A DNA stretch of 63,044 nt, counting the filler, from Reticulomyxa filosa (lineage: Eukaryota > Protista > Foraminifera), in assembly GCA_000512085.1 (NCBI GenBank). It is 24 parts of 24 records of this genome, joined end to end, with 100 filler letters (N's around TTAATTAATTAA, not from the genome) between each part and the next. Parts side by side here need not be neighbours in the genome. Positions count along the whole stretch, not along the records: positions 1 to 1,316 come from ASPP01019128.1; positions 1,417 to 4,481 come from ASPP01008967.1; positions 4,582 to 7,111 come from ASPP01023871.1; positions 7,212 to 10,768 come from ASPP01050180.1; positions 10,869 to 11,902 come from ASPP01004424.1; positions 12,003 to 13,313 come from ASPP01001707.1; positions 13,414 to 17,355 come from ASPP01024603.1; 17 more parts are not named here. One strand, given 5' to 3'. The notes under the pieces were generated by a model. That model worked only from the letters and a program-made list of their open reading frames with translations, did no database searches and had not been told where the DNA came from. How positions within the stretch are numbered: the stretch's first letter is position 1; every line of letters starts with the position of its first letter. Of the stretch, positions 1-13,414 are shown piece by piece. The translations under genes and the position numbers were made by a program.

Positions 1-215
1 AAAGCGGAACAGACACTACGTCAAACAAAGCACAAAACAGCTTCTGAAGATGACGAAGAGGAGCAGATATTACACAAAAAAAGAACAATATGACTTTTGA
101 TGGTGGTGATGAAGTGGGACAGACACTACGCCAAAAGAATAAACCAGCTGTTATTGCCAGTGACAAGAACAAAGAAGTAGACAAACACTACGTCAAAAAG
201 AGTGGAAAACCCTCC
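1..215 (+). repeat. Three imperfect copies of an (A)CACTACG(T/C)CAAA motif, encoding 'E..QTLRQK'-like peptides; probably a decayed coding repeat
   Basis: gacactacgtcaaa (~12), gacactacgccaaa (~122), aacactacgtcaaa (~184); translations EQTLRQ, EVGQTLRQK, EVDKTLRQK lie in different frames with stops. Confidence 0.5.
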
Positions 216-1416
216 CAGAGGAAACTTTTTTCCTCAATTTTTTTTTAATTTAATTTTTGTTGCTGTAAGAAAGAAAATTGTTTTGCAAATAATCTTTATT
301 TTATTTTATAGTAATATTACTTGTGAATATCAGTAACCCAAGTCAATGAAACATCTGCATTACAAATCAAAGCAATTTTATATTGTACCTGTCCAAATTG
401 GATGTGGTACTTAAAAAATAAAAAAAAGTTGACATGATTTTTTTAAAAACCACAAATTATTTTTATTGAATTTTGACGGAGTTGTTTTTGAGAAACTCCA
501 AAGAAAAGTTTAGACTTGTCACCAAAATACTTTCTTACATATACAAAGTTCATGCAAGTAAAAAATTTGTTATTTTTTTGCAATGTCTAATTTGGAGAAC
601 AGTGTCCAAAAAAGGGTCTTTGAACAAATAATTAGTGCTTCTGTTTCTGATTTTTGAGTAGTGTACAATACGAATTAAATTGACTTAATTGCTAAACTAA
701 GGATTTCTTTGAAAAATAATACAAAACATATAATTAATTCTTAATATTAAACCGTATATTCTATGTATATATTAAAATGCAAGCAAAATTGAAGAATTTT
801 ACAACATATTGCGTTGAAAATCCAAAAATTAAATCAGTTTGAAAGTGAGTTGAAGCAAAAAGATATTGAAAAGTAAGTGGAGGAAGTTTTCCACTCTTGA
901 AAGGAATTTGAATGGATTAATTCTCCATAGATAATTGCAATTGAAAGAACCAAAAATTGGTTTCAATCAATGAATTTTTTGAACAACGCTGTTGCAATTC
1001 AAAGCATTTCTTCAATGAAAAAAATAAAATTTTTACTTCATAGCAATCAATGTTAGTTATTACTTGTGTGGACTTTGTATGTTCTTGCATTTTGCCGCTC
1101 ACCTATTTACTTGGAGTGCAATCAAATTGTGACAATATAATATATTTGGAAATGAAATGCAAGAATTTATATTGGACAGAGATAGCAGGAGATTGTTATT
1201 AATTTTATGCAATAGTGAAGGTAGCAACTAGACTAAATTCATGAAACCAGGGCACATACAAATGAACACTGATTGCTATCAAGTAAAAATTTTGTTTTGT
1301 TCCATTTTTCAATACGNNNNNNNNNNNNNNNNNNNNNNNNNNNNNNNNNNNNNNNNNNNNTTAATTAATTAANNNNNNNNNNNNNNNNNNNNNNNNNNNN
1401 NNNNNNNNNNNNNNNN

Positions 1417-2384
1417 TATATGATATAGATACACACGAAGCAAGAAGTTTAGATTGAGCTCTCTTCTTTGTTTGCAAAACATGATCGACATCGACAAAGT
1501 CAAAAGTGGTCCAATTAGGATTGGTGTTAGCGATGACAGTGGTAGCGTCCGCGGCGCGAGATTGAAGAAAGACGTCAGCGTCGACATGACGAAGGATGTC
1601 GATGAACTCAGGACCGAACATCAAAGACAGGAATCGCCAGCGAGGCATCGACAGATAAAACTCGGTGACAAAGTCGTCAAAGTTTTTGAATTTGCGCGCA
1701 AAGACAAAAGCAAAGGAATCCCACATCAAAGAGAGCAGCCATTCGTCGTAAGTCGTCCATTCTGGAGCCATCAGCGTTAGGTCTGCCGTCCCTTGTGCGA
1801 GCTTGTCCATTCGCATCAGCTTGTTGCGAAATGTGTCTTCGTATTTCGCTTCGCTCTTTGACTCTGCGCTTGTGTCGTCCATAAACGTTCCCGCTTTGCT
1901 TTTGTTTATTATTTCCATTGCTTTGCCTTTTTCTTTGATCTCTTTTTGTTCATTGTAATTTCCTATTATTTTCAGTTTTTTTTTTTTTTTTTTTTTTTTG
2001 CTTTTGTCAAAGTATTATATACAAACCTTCTTTTGGCTCAGGATTTTCGCTTAACCAATGACGGAATCTCTCCACTTGCAACGGACACAGATCAACCAAT
2101 ATATTTTGCGGATTTGTACCTTTCAGAAATGACGCCAATGTCTCATATTTATTTTTGTACTCATCTATGACACCGTGCTCTGACAGGTTGTGACAGTCCA
2201 CCCAATGGGCCATACCGAGTATATGCACTCTCGTATTGTACTTCGGGTGCTCTAACGTCAACAACGGATTCTGATTAAAACTCGTCGGATTATTCCTACC
2301 AAAAAAAAAATATCGAACATTTAATGTGCGCAATGATTTGAATGCGGTGTTTGTGCTGCCATAACGGATATGCTGAAACATCAT
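1417..2384 (-). CDS. TraB/PrgY-domain (TRABD-like) protein, two exons, 3' end truncated, possible mitochondrial presequence
   Basis: RVHILGMAH resembles TraB VYLVGTAH; PQNILVDLCP resembles PDVVVVELC; exon 2 has GPEF...VFLQSRAADAT, resembling G.EF...LgDR. N-terminus is Arg/Ser-rich and acid-free. An A-rich intron lies at about 1945-2020. Confidence 0.6.
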
Positions 2385-3642
2385 CTATGGAAAGTCTTTT
2401 TTTTTTTTTTTTCACAATATTGAAATGATTGATACCCCTTCACAACGTTAACAGAACACGGGAGATACACAAATAATACCGTTTCTAAAAACATTGAAGA
2501 GCATTGTACCAGAATATTCATCTAAAACTTATCAAAAAATATGTCATGTATTGGTTTAATTGTCGCAGTAAAAATAAAACATAGCCTGACAAACGTTAAT
2601 TATTCCAACAACATTTATTTTGTTTCCTTGAAACATAATCAAAAAGTGTCCAAACTTAAAAATTTTCAGAAATTTCTTGGTCTCTAAAATGCGAGCAGCT
2701 TAGCTGTATATTGTCTTCCGACCGCTAAGCCAAATTTTGTTAAGTATTGAACAAATGTGCACTCAATTGATATCAGCATATGTTAGAAATGAAGACAACT
2801 TTCTGACTACGCTTATATGACAAAAGCAAGAATATCTAATTGATTATTATCGTATTACTGAAGTACATGATATCAATCATTGTCAAACAGCACTGCTAAG
2901 TTTGTATTGCAATATCTAAGTAAGTGTATAGGGAAGCTTAGAATCACTTTTTCTCCAAGCTTACTTCTTTTCATCTGTTCATTTCCCTTTCAGTGCGTTT
3001 TATTGTCTTTGATTTAAATAATTTTTACTTTTTGCTCAAAATAGTGCTCATTCGTATTACACTTATCGTTCAGCAGTTCTTCACGCAAGTTTAAAACACT
3101 TTCAACTAACTCTGGGTTAAGAGCACTTTTAGTCAAAGTTTTATTTTTTAAGCGTTCTTGAAAAGATAAATCTGTAAAAAATCGTGGTTTTGCCTTTAAT
3201 TTTGCGGAAGAACACAACAATTAAGCAGAATTGTAAAAATTGACTGTAGTGTTTCTCCTACAAAGCCCAACACAACTAAAAAATTTTACTGAAAAATGCC
3301 AAGAGTAAAAGTTCAAATATAAAGAATTAACGATGCTATGATTTCAAGATGTAGTTATCTCTAAATCTTATTATCTAGTAGCAATATATTTGGTTTCAAA
3401 CAGTTTTTTTTTCCCATAAATTGAGCATTCGAAGTGCAAAAAGAAAAACGAAAGCAGTAACGTTTTATTTTATTAAATAAAATAAGTTTTGCCAGTTTGC
3501 GACCTTTTCGCTTCTCTTACTGTGAGACAAAAAAAAAAAAAAAAAAAAAATAAATTTTATTAGCGATTAAATTGGTTTGGTGTCATTTGCCTCTGGAATT
3601 TGTAAGATCCCGCAAGAGAGCAAAGGAGAGAATTAGTACTCG

Positions 3643-4400
3643 ATGCTATCGTTGGAAGAACAGTGGTTTTTGGCGTGGTTTGTAGTGACGTCGTTTACGT
3701 TGGTTCCGTACGTAATGTGGTGCGTAGTTGAATATAAGAAAAGGAAGCAGCATTCGTTTATTCACAAAAGACGTCCGGCTTTAGTAATCAACATTGTATG
3801 GTGTTCGTTGTGTTACGTCTTAGGTATGTTTTCTGTGTTTTCCATTCTTTCTTTCTTTCTTTCTTTCCCTTCCTCTCCCCTCCCTCTTTCTTACTGTTTC
3901 TTTTTTTACAAAAAAAAAAACATTTTTCAATCTCAAAAAAAAAAAAAAAATAATGAGTAATTCGACCTTTGACGGTAATTCCAGAAATGTACCCATGGCT
4001 GATAAGACATGGAAAGGCGGCAATGTATATGATGAACATGCTGCGTGGGAGCGGCATTTTGACGGTGGAGTGGGTGCTAATCCGAATATGGCTGCTATAC
4101 TTTGACTTTACGCATAACATCCATCAGCTGGATATTCGTTGGGAGAGACATCTCGTCAGCGTGCACTACGTGCCGTGGACGATGAAGTACAAGTATTTGG
4201 GCAGTCTGAGACTGCTGTTCGCGCTGTCCATGTGTGTCTTCGTCGTCATCGAATCGACCATCGCGGCACTCACATCTCGCTTCGAAGACTCGGCCTGGGT
4301 CTACGTGTCCATCCTCAGCGGATTGCTGCTCTGTATTGCCGGCATTTATCCCGTGCGACAAATACAACAAGTCCGAGACGTCATGGAAGTCAAAGGTTTG
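3643..4400 (+). CDS. Multi-pass (7TM-type) membrane protein, N-terminal part; resembles the receptor half of 7TM-RGS proteins; spliced, truncated by contig end
   Basis: TM1 is followed by SFIHKRRPAL (I..R.P motif after TM1), then further hydrophobic helices in ORF 3969-4406 (RIWLLYFD). Intron about 3824-3957. Confidence 0.55.
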
Positions 4401-7400
4401 TCTTAGGTGGGTGGTATTTATATATACATATATATATATATATGTATATGTGTATATCCCTTATAAATCCCCTTTTTTTTTNNNNNNNNNNNNNNNNNNN
4501 NNNNNNNNNNNNNNNNNNNNNNNNNTTAATTAATTAANNNNNNNNNNNNNNNNNNNNNNNNNNNNNNNNNNNNNNNNNNNNCAAGTCTCTGGCGCTGTGC
4601 CAAGCTAACAATTATCCGCAACGAATGTATCCAACTGCGATCTACAAGCGCCAACGAGCAAGGGAAATTCAATCGTTATGGAAATGGTAATACTTTAATA
4701 AATTCAAGGCACAACATAAACGCACAGATTTGGCACCAGTGTCGAAACGTCGTGTGTGCGCACATGCACAAATTTGGACTTTGCATCATGCGCGTGCTGA
4801 TGGGATGAATTGTAAGCTCCCTGGCGACATCGAGCATTGCGTATTTTCAAACATGAACGAATTTCAAATAGTGCGCCCTCTTCCATCCCAATGGAAGTTA
4901 CTACACGATTGTGAATATCAAGCGTAGTTCAATAATAACAACGACGAATGCGGTTAATTCTCTATTTTTACTCATTTGTCAATGTTGCAGTCATTGGTTT
5001 GTGTTGTGCGCCGTCAATATTTGGATACCACTACTATTTTATGATTTGATCCGGTGTGTGCTGGAGCTAATGTTGTTGACATTTGTTACAACAACGCCTG
5101 CCAGTCGATAATCTGATTAACGAATCAAAAGTCGCATCATTATTTATCAAATCAAGAAAAAAAGTATGTGATTGTCAATGTGCTGGTGGCGCTGGGTCCT
5201 GCTGGATGGATGCGTGGACAATATTTATGTTAGCAGTCGAGTCACCTCTCCCTATTTCTCTTCTCATAAACGTAGTCGCCGTGGATACGAATTGTTCAAT
5301 TACCAAAAGGCGAATCACTCGGATTCGAAAAGTGGAAGGTTGTACCATTGACAAGACCACCACTCGAAAAATGGTAGCTCTAGGGGACGAGCCTTTTCAA
5401 TGATAACAATTTCCCCGATTCCGTCGGTTGTTCTAAAATAACGAATAATTGACGGTGATATTGATCTTTGAAATCGAAGCGCGCATTCGCAAGACCTCAA
5501 GAAGTTTCTGTTATTTGGTTAAGCGTTTGTGCGCCTGCCCCCTTTCCACTTACCTGACGATATAATCGTGCTTGAGTCCGTCGTTTGAAAAAGTTTTTTA
5601 TACATACTTTTTTTTTTATATATGTACATATTCAATAGCATCTTTATACGTACATTGATTATTTATTTATGTGTATGTGATATGTGTTTGAAATTTTTGA
5701 TTAGATATTTAAAGCTGTATCAATAAAGTATTATAATACGAATGGACACGTTTTGTTGTTTACCTTGTCATTAGTGCTGCAGCGAATTCTCAGCGAAGTG
5801 GCAATTGTGACAACAATCATCGCAATATCGATGGTTGCAGTAGATGAAAGAAGCACTGCAACCTCATGGCCGAATGTTGCTGATGGAAATCCATTATGTC
5901 GTCGGATCATGAAAGCCGCACTACAATGCACACGCTCGTCATTTTTCCAATACATTTATTTGTTCATTATTGAACAAGTATCTATAGTGACGGCGTGCTT
6001 CAATATGGTCATTGTCTACGTTTTGAATGACGTGTGCAATTTGGGAATAAATGAAATGTCCATATCGTGTACTGCGGCTCATGATGGATTGAAGGTAGTG
6101 AGCTGATGGTTATGATGTTTATGTGCGCAACCTATATTCCAAGTTATAATGTTTTTTCTTTTGATGTGATTAAAATTGACATATATATGATCAATACACA
6201 CGTTATAACATAGGTCTCCAAAGAATACAATACCTGCGGAATGTGGCTGTAGTGGCTGCCGTGTTAGTAAACAAGAATGAAACGAAGTGCAAACAGCGCC
6301 AAATTTGTGGCATGTTAATCGCAAGTATTAACGTCTCAATTTTTTTTGTTGGAAAAATTTGTCTTTGTGTGGATTGTAGTCTTTTTGATATTTCTTTTTA
6401 ATATCATACCTCCAGCTCACTTGATTTCTTTATAAATTATCCTTATCGTAGAAAATTTCTAAACTTTAATATTTTAAGTCTAAAAGAAAACGCGTAAACT
6501 GTGCGGAATGGGAATTGAGTTTGACGCTATTCGTGGCAAAAAAAGACTTTGAATATGAGTAGATGATAATAAAGAATACGTATGACAGCAAGGAACAAGA
6601 AGATGATAAAGAAAAGAACTTGGATTGGAAGCGTTCTTGGATCACAAATAATGTAAAATACACGATTTTTCTCCATGCCTGACTTTCTTGAAGGCTAACT
6701 GTAATCACATTTATTCAAGTTAGTTTGAAAAAAAAAAAGTTTTTTTTAGAAAACAATTGGAAAGATTGACAAACATTAAAAGATTTAAGTCCTTGACATT
6801 TCTTTTGTATGTCATGGCCGAGGTGTTTGTGGTGGCATGGGCTTAAATGTTTTTTTTTCGATATTTTTTTTTTTAACATTCATAAAATTTGGGACCTCCA
6901 AATGCAAGCTTCAGTTCACTTTTACCAACTCTTTTGAAGTTGCCACAAACCCGAACAGCTTCAACAACGGTGGACGTACGCATCGTGATGAATGACACTG
7001 TTATTATTTTTCCATGATCCCGGCGTAAGACATGCCTTAAAAGTTCTATACGTGAGATATTTGTTTGATCGGCAATACGCCGAAGTCGATTATGCATGCG
7101 TAATTCAAATGNNNNNNNNNNNNNNNNNNNNNNNNNNNNNNNNNNNNNNNNNNNNTTAATTAATTAANNNNNNNNNNNNNNNNNNNNNNNNNNNNNNNNN
7201 NNNNNNNNNNNTTCTTTTGGGGCGCTACATTTTACACTCAAATCGAGCCACTCTCAATTGATACATGTCTTTTGACTTCAAAAAAATCTTGCACAACAAA
7301 AACAAGACCAAAAAAATACCTGAAAGTATCAACATTTGTTGTACGCGACATCATGAGCACCAGGAATCCATACGTCTATAAAGAAAAGACATAATATCAT

Positions 7401-7479
7401 TACATATAAAAAAAAATTGTTTCTAAAAAAAACAAACTTAATTCAATGCAAATAACTTCACCCGCGGAAAAAGGAGGAT

Positions 7480-10400
7480 AACCAATTTATTTGATAACAC
7501 CTGTTGTCTCCATTTACAAAAATTATGCGTTCGTTGGACTTAAATGGTTTCAATTGCAAGGTTATATTTTAGATTTTCGGATCCAACGGCTTCACCAAAG
7601 GAATTATTATTTGAGAAATGGAGCCTTTTCACGTGAAATGAACACGACCTATATCGATTTCAAAATATTCCTTTCCCCACACTGTGCCATTGTGCCCAAC
7701 TCAAAACCGATGCTCTCCAATATATTTCACCACTCCTGCTTTCCCTCGAGATAACTTTGCGTAGTCTCCAATCTTGAATTTGATTTTCGGTAATTGCGCT
7801 TGCGAAGATGGCGTTGTCTCATCTTTGTCATCATGATCGTTATCGTTGTTGCCATCAGTTTGCTTTCCTACATCAAAACAAACCCAACAATAATCAAGTA
7901 CTTCTTTTTTTTCTAAAAACAAATAAATAAATCATAAAACTGTTTCTAGATTCATAATGAAGTTATATCAGGAGTACACTAGAATGCAATAAGATGAAAT
8001 TAAAATAAAACAAGAATAAATACACAAACTAACTTTGAAATAAGTCTTTTCTCGCACAGTTCCGCAGTTTGTATTAGGATGCCAACTATTCTGCTAGACT
8101 TCAAAAAGTTTTTCGTTGGAAAGTTCAACACGCAATGCCTGTTTTGTTTCACAATACCCGAACTCGATCGCCGACAGCCACGTCAACTAAATTCACTACC
8201 ATGCTTTTTGCGCGTCATGTTCGGCTTTGCTGTCTTCGTCCTCATCTTCATTTACTTCTTCTGTTTCTCGTTCATTGTCTTCAATAGCTTTTTTGATATC
8301 GCACAAAGACATTTTGTCATTGCTTCCGTTCACTGGCCTAGTGTCTTGCAAAGTTGGATGATGATATGTTTTCAAATGGCGCAACTCTTATTTAAATTAG
8401 TCTTGATATGGTCTTTATTTAATGATTCTTTGTTGCCAAGAGCATTTCATACTTTTCACACACTATTATGCGTGTCACGTAACGTCGACGAGCAAGTATA
8501 TACTGTTTTCGGTACATTGTATTGAAACACACACAAATATAATAATGCAATGTAAGTAGATCTTTTTTGTTGTTGCTGTGAACTTGGAGATGTTTCTTCC
8601 ATCGTAGTTATTGGTCCATTAATCATCGAGTCCGATTCACAATATTTATTTACCACAACTAAAATTAGCAACGCCAATCCAATTCAACACGATCGCCAAC
8701 TTTGATATTTTCGCTTCTTGTGTCGATCATATCATTATCATGGTCGGCAACTCGTACGACTTGAATTTTCCGTCATGACCCCCCTTGTGTATATCGAGCA
8801 ACTCCAAAACAACTACTTCATTGCCTTTGCCACGAGCCCAATCCCAAGCAGCGAAGCCCATACTCAAAGTTTCGTATCCATTTCGTCAATGTGAATGAGC
8901 AAAAAATTCTTTAAATACAATTATTTGCATAGGACTGCCACTACCCAACTCAATGCCAATGGAATTTGATCTTTGGAGAAATCGGTTTTTTCCTAAGAAG
9001 CGAACGGCTCCAATCACGCCATCTCTTGTTCGAACGTAGTCTCCGATTAAGGGTATTCTGGTCAATCGTCCGTGAGCAGCATCCAATGATATTCACTAGT
9101 TAAACAATAGAGTCACGTTTTCTTTCTTTACTCACAATTGTTTCTTTTACTTTTTTTTATTATTGTTACACTTTCACTTTCATCATCGTTTTTCTTGTAC
9201 GTATTCGGTCGTCTTTACCACTAGGCCGTTGAATTTGTCACGCTTTGCAAGCCTTTCAATTTCGCACAGCGCCTTTTGTATGTGGATTCTCAATTCATTG
9301 GAGATTGCCTTTCTGCACGCAAAATACCCATTGATTATATTATAAATCAAACGTCGCTTTTTCGCATTGCTTCTATTGTACATTACATTATTGATCACAA
9401 AAACAAATTAATTATAAATGGTACTAACAAGTATACATATAAAGATATAAGTATATATTTATTTGTTTGTTTATTATTACAAGCAAGAAATAACACAAAC
9501 CCAACGCAAATAATTTCACTAGTGCCAGTTGTATTGATTGTTTCAATGAAACGAATGCCAATTTTGCGATGTGAAAGCTGAATTTTATTTCTGGCTTTGA
9601 AATGAAGCGAAATTCTTGATAGTCAGCTTCATCATCCTGATCAGCGATTTCTTGTATTGCCAATTGCAGCACTGATCCCCAAGTTTCTGACAATGTGGGA
9701 TATACAAGCGAAATAATCACGTTACCACATACAACCAAAATAAGTAATGCAATTGACACTACAGTCGGTTGCATGTGATTCCATCGGTCCAGTTCGACTA
9801 CAATCAGCAAACCTCTTGATAAGTCCACGTGATGTTCGCACTCGAGCACCAATTTCTGACATCATTGACAACGATTTTCTGTCGAACAAAGAATCTGCGA
9901 TCTTTGCCTGCGGTAAAGTATCTCTTATGCTCAAAGTGCCATCGTGAGTATTGTAATGCCAATTGTCCAACTGCAATTTGAGCCACTTGATATTATTTGA
10001 CTTGAATACACCCCGTTCGATTTCGACTGCGACCAATTTTTTTTTTGACTTTTGCTTATCGGTCGCCAGTATCGACTTCAGTGCTTCTCCGAAATCTTTT
10101 CAGTGACTTTGATGCTCCGGAAGGATATGGCTAGTTTTTCACTGTCGACAAAGTAATTTTATCCACGAACGTTGCTGTTGTACCCATTTGAATCACACTC
10201 GCCGACGATCAAACTCGTCATTTCTTGGGGCGAAAACTTGACTTTGATGTGGCCAATTTGAGCTCGTACTTTGAAAAGCAAGATAATGTGACCACAAGTG
10301 ACGAGCACAAAGGAAAAGTGGATTCATCGGCAAAGTTTTCAAATGCCATAGATCGTGTCAAAGTATTGCATCACATTCAATGATCCGTCATTAGCGTTCA

Positions 10401-10768
10401 CACTCCAAATATCCAGCTCCACTCCAATCATTTGATCTGCTTGGCTAAACTCTATCTTTCCCACATACTTTATCAGTCTCAATTTGCTATTTTTGTGTTG
10501 TCAATATGACCATTGTATCAAATAAGGTATCTATATAATACAAATATGTATATATGTCAACTTATACATACCTCCAACATGAATTGCTTGTCCCACTTGT
10601 GGCAAATCAGGATAAATCACATTATCACCTTGATAAATTTGGACTGGATTTGGTTCATCTTTTTTTTGGTCTCCTCATTGCTTTCTTCATCGTCTTCATT
10701 AACTGGTTTCAATTCCACTGACTCCATCGATTGTCGTTTTTTGCATTCTTTTGTTTGGCCATCATTTT
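7480..10768 (-). pseudogene. Decayed multi-CAP-Gly-domain gene (about 6-8 CAP-Gly-like remnants)
   Basis: Fragments in different frames: KIGDYAKLSRGKAGVVKYIG (~7720-7780), VAVGDRVRV (~8160), HKGGHDGKF (~8780), IGDYVRTRDGVIGAVRFLG..IGIELG (8940-9050), IGARVRTSRG (~9840), QLDNWHYNTHDG (~9950), IKYVGKIEF..MIGVELDIWSVNANDGS (10380-10480). Many stops and frameshifts. Confidence 0.75.
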
Positions 10769-12002
10769 NNNNNNNNNNNNNNNNNNNNNNNNNNNNNNNN
10801 NNNNNNNNNNNNTTAATTAATTAANNNNNNNNNNNNNNNNNNNNNNNNNNNNNNNNNNNNNNNNNNNNCAGCTTATGTATTGTGATATGTGAAAAAATAT
10901 TCATTCAATAGAGATACAGTTGTTCCATGTCTGAAATATGTAGTGATTGCAATGTGACTAACAAATGAGAGCTATTACTATGTGGAAATTTGTAAAAAAT
11001 AGTATATTTTTTTGTTTTTCGACGATTTTTTTGGTTTCCAAATGGAACAAACGAGAGTGCTGTTGATGAAAAAAAACTTATTATAGAATATCGAACATTA
11101 GTCAATGTAAATTTGTTAAGCTTGCAAATGCACACGTGTTTTGGTTTTTCGCTCAAAACAGAAAGTACATTTCTATTTTCAGGATGAACATGAAAGTCAT
11201 AAGGTTAAGGTAAGGGTTTTTGTGTCACAGACACTTTTTTTTGAAAACAGAGCAGTCAGTAAGAAAAGATGAAAGATTAAGAAATAAAAAAAAAGCGACT
11301 ACCCCCTTTTTTGGGCACCCTTTTCGATATCTGGTTTTTTGTCACGTTTTCAATAGAATTTTAGTTTTTGCTCTTTTTTTATATTTGAAATTGATAATTT
11401 GTGTTATTTTGTTGGGAGCACACTTATTGGTTTTTTCTTTTTAAACGTATTCAGCTGGCATACATTTCTTTGATTGCATGATAGTTGATATACGACAATT
11501 AACATGTAAAAGTGTAATTTCAGAGGAACCCAGTATTCACAAATACTTGTATTTTTTTAAAATTTATGGATGTGTTTGGAAAAATGAGATTGAAACAAAC
11601 TTACCAAAACATGAGTCAGTTCTTACGCTACTGTGAGATATTGCTGAAGTGTTATTGTAAATTATGGTAAGATAGAAGTTGTATTGACACATGCATTGCA
11701 AGGCAATAAACCTAAAAAAATCAAACAGCAAAGTTGACAACGATAAGTTTGTTGGACCAAAGAAAGCGTGGAAAAAAAAAACAAGTTGCAAAAGAGATAT
11801 TGAACAGAGAAATGCAACTATCTGTCTTTTGTTTTGAAAATAGACAGCAAATAAAAAAAAGATGAAGATAAAAAATAAAAAAAATATAATAACCCTTTTT
11901 TTNNNNNNNNNNNNNNNNNNNNNNNNNNNNNNNNNNNNNNNNNNNNTTAATTAATTAANNNNNNNNNNNNNNNNNNNNNNNNNNNNNNNNNNNNNNNNNN
12001 NN

Positions 12003-12040
<38 letters not shown>

Positions 12041-12043
<3 letters not shown>

Positions 12044-12652
12044 TCTTCATCGCTCCAATTGGTATAGTCGTAGTCTGAGACTGTCTTTCCATTCACCCAC
12101 ATAAATCCATCTTTAACAATACTGTTATACAATCCAATCCATCCTGTTAAAAAACTATCACTATCCCATAAGCTCTATTCAATTTGAGAAAGTGAAAAAA
12201 AAAAATAAAAATAAAAAATAAATAAATAAATAGGTACATAATTGTTTTTAGACAATGTTACAAAACAGATGCAAGGTCATTCATTAAAGACTGGTCGGAT
12301 GAACCTGAAACCACTGCCAACTGGGTGCCGTACGTATGTTTGCAATGTGATTTTGCATACGTCCAGTTAACCCTAGAATTATCCGACATTACAAATGCAA
12401 CATAACCTATTCCATATTTCTTCTTTGATTCACTTTCTTGTTTTGATCCAAAGAAACAGAGATAGCCTTAACGAGAATTCGATTCTTTCTGCACAACTTT
12501 CATCACAATTTTAATCCATTGCGTTTGTTAAAAAAAAAAGAGTGTTCGTTCGATAACATGTGCACACAACGGAATGATCACAACGTACCAGAACAACGAC
12601 CTATGCACAGCAACAAGGTTGCTTGGAGAAAAAATGTACACAATTTATCCAT
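12041..12652 (-). CDS. Secreted or surface C-type lectin domain protein; 3 exons seen, 3' end truncated
   Basis: Hand splicing gives signal peptide MDKLCTFFLQATLLLCIGRCS|G, exon 2 ...VNWTYAKSHCKHTYGTQLAVV..., exon 3 GWIGLYNSIVKDGFMWVNGKTVSDYDYTNW. These are the canonical CTLD W..A...C, LA.I, WIGL, F.W.DG and Y.NW motifs. Confidence 0.85.
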
Positions 12653-13414
12653 TGTCAATGAGGCTCTTGTCTTTTCCTTTTTTTTTAAGTTTGTACAAAA
12701 GCTGCTCACTTTTTCGTTTGTCAACCTCGCGTTGCTTTGCAAGTGTATGTGTGACTCTGTGAGTAATTGATGATAGTTGAAAGAAAAAAGATTGTTGCAT
12801 TCATAGCGCCTTTTATATATATTAAAAAAAGAAATTGTGAGCCAAAAAAGCAAATAAAAATTATAGTTTATTTATTACTTTCTTCGGATTGACTGAGTTA
12901 AATAACGAATTGAAATTTTGACAAAAGTAGAAACGAAAGAATCTTTTGCAAAGAAAAGGTAATAAATAAAAAAAGACTACTTTTATTAATGGCCAAATTT
13001 AAAGTTTGTCAAATAAAACATTGTAAATTGTAATAGTTTCGAACAAGTTTCTTATCCGAAGGACATCAGGCGTCTCCGATCGAGAGGATGGAGCAGGATT
13101 TAAAAAGACGATTACTGTGTAAATACTTACTGTTACTTTCATGCTGAATCACCACAACAGATTATTCAAATATTTTATGCTTTTTACAAATTATTTACGA
13201 TATATAGGTTTACGTTTGTACATATACTAAATATCGTTAGTCTCAAAGCTAGTTTAGTTGAAAAAAAGATAATTATTTTTACATTATGCATATAAAATTT
13301 TTAAAAATGTGATNNNNNNNNNNNNNNNNNNNNNNNNNNNNNNNNNNNNNNNNNNNNTTAATTAATTAANNNNNNNNNNNNNNNNNNNNNNNNNNNNNNN
13401 NNNNNNNNNNNNNG

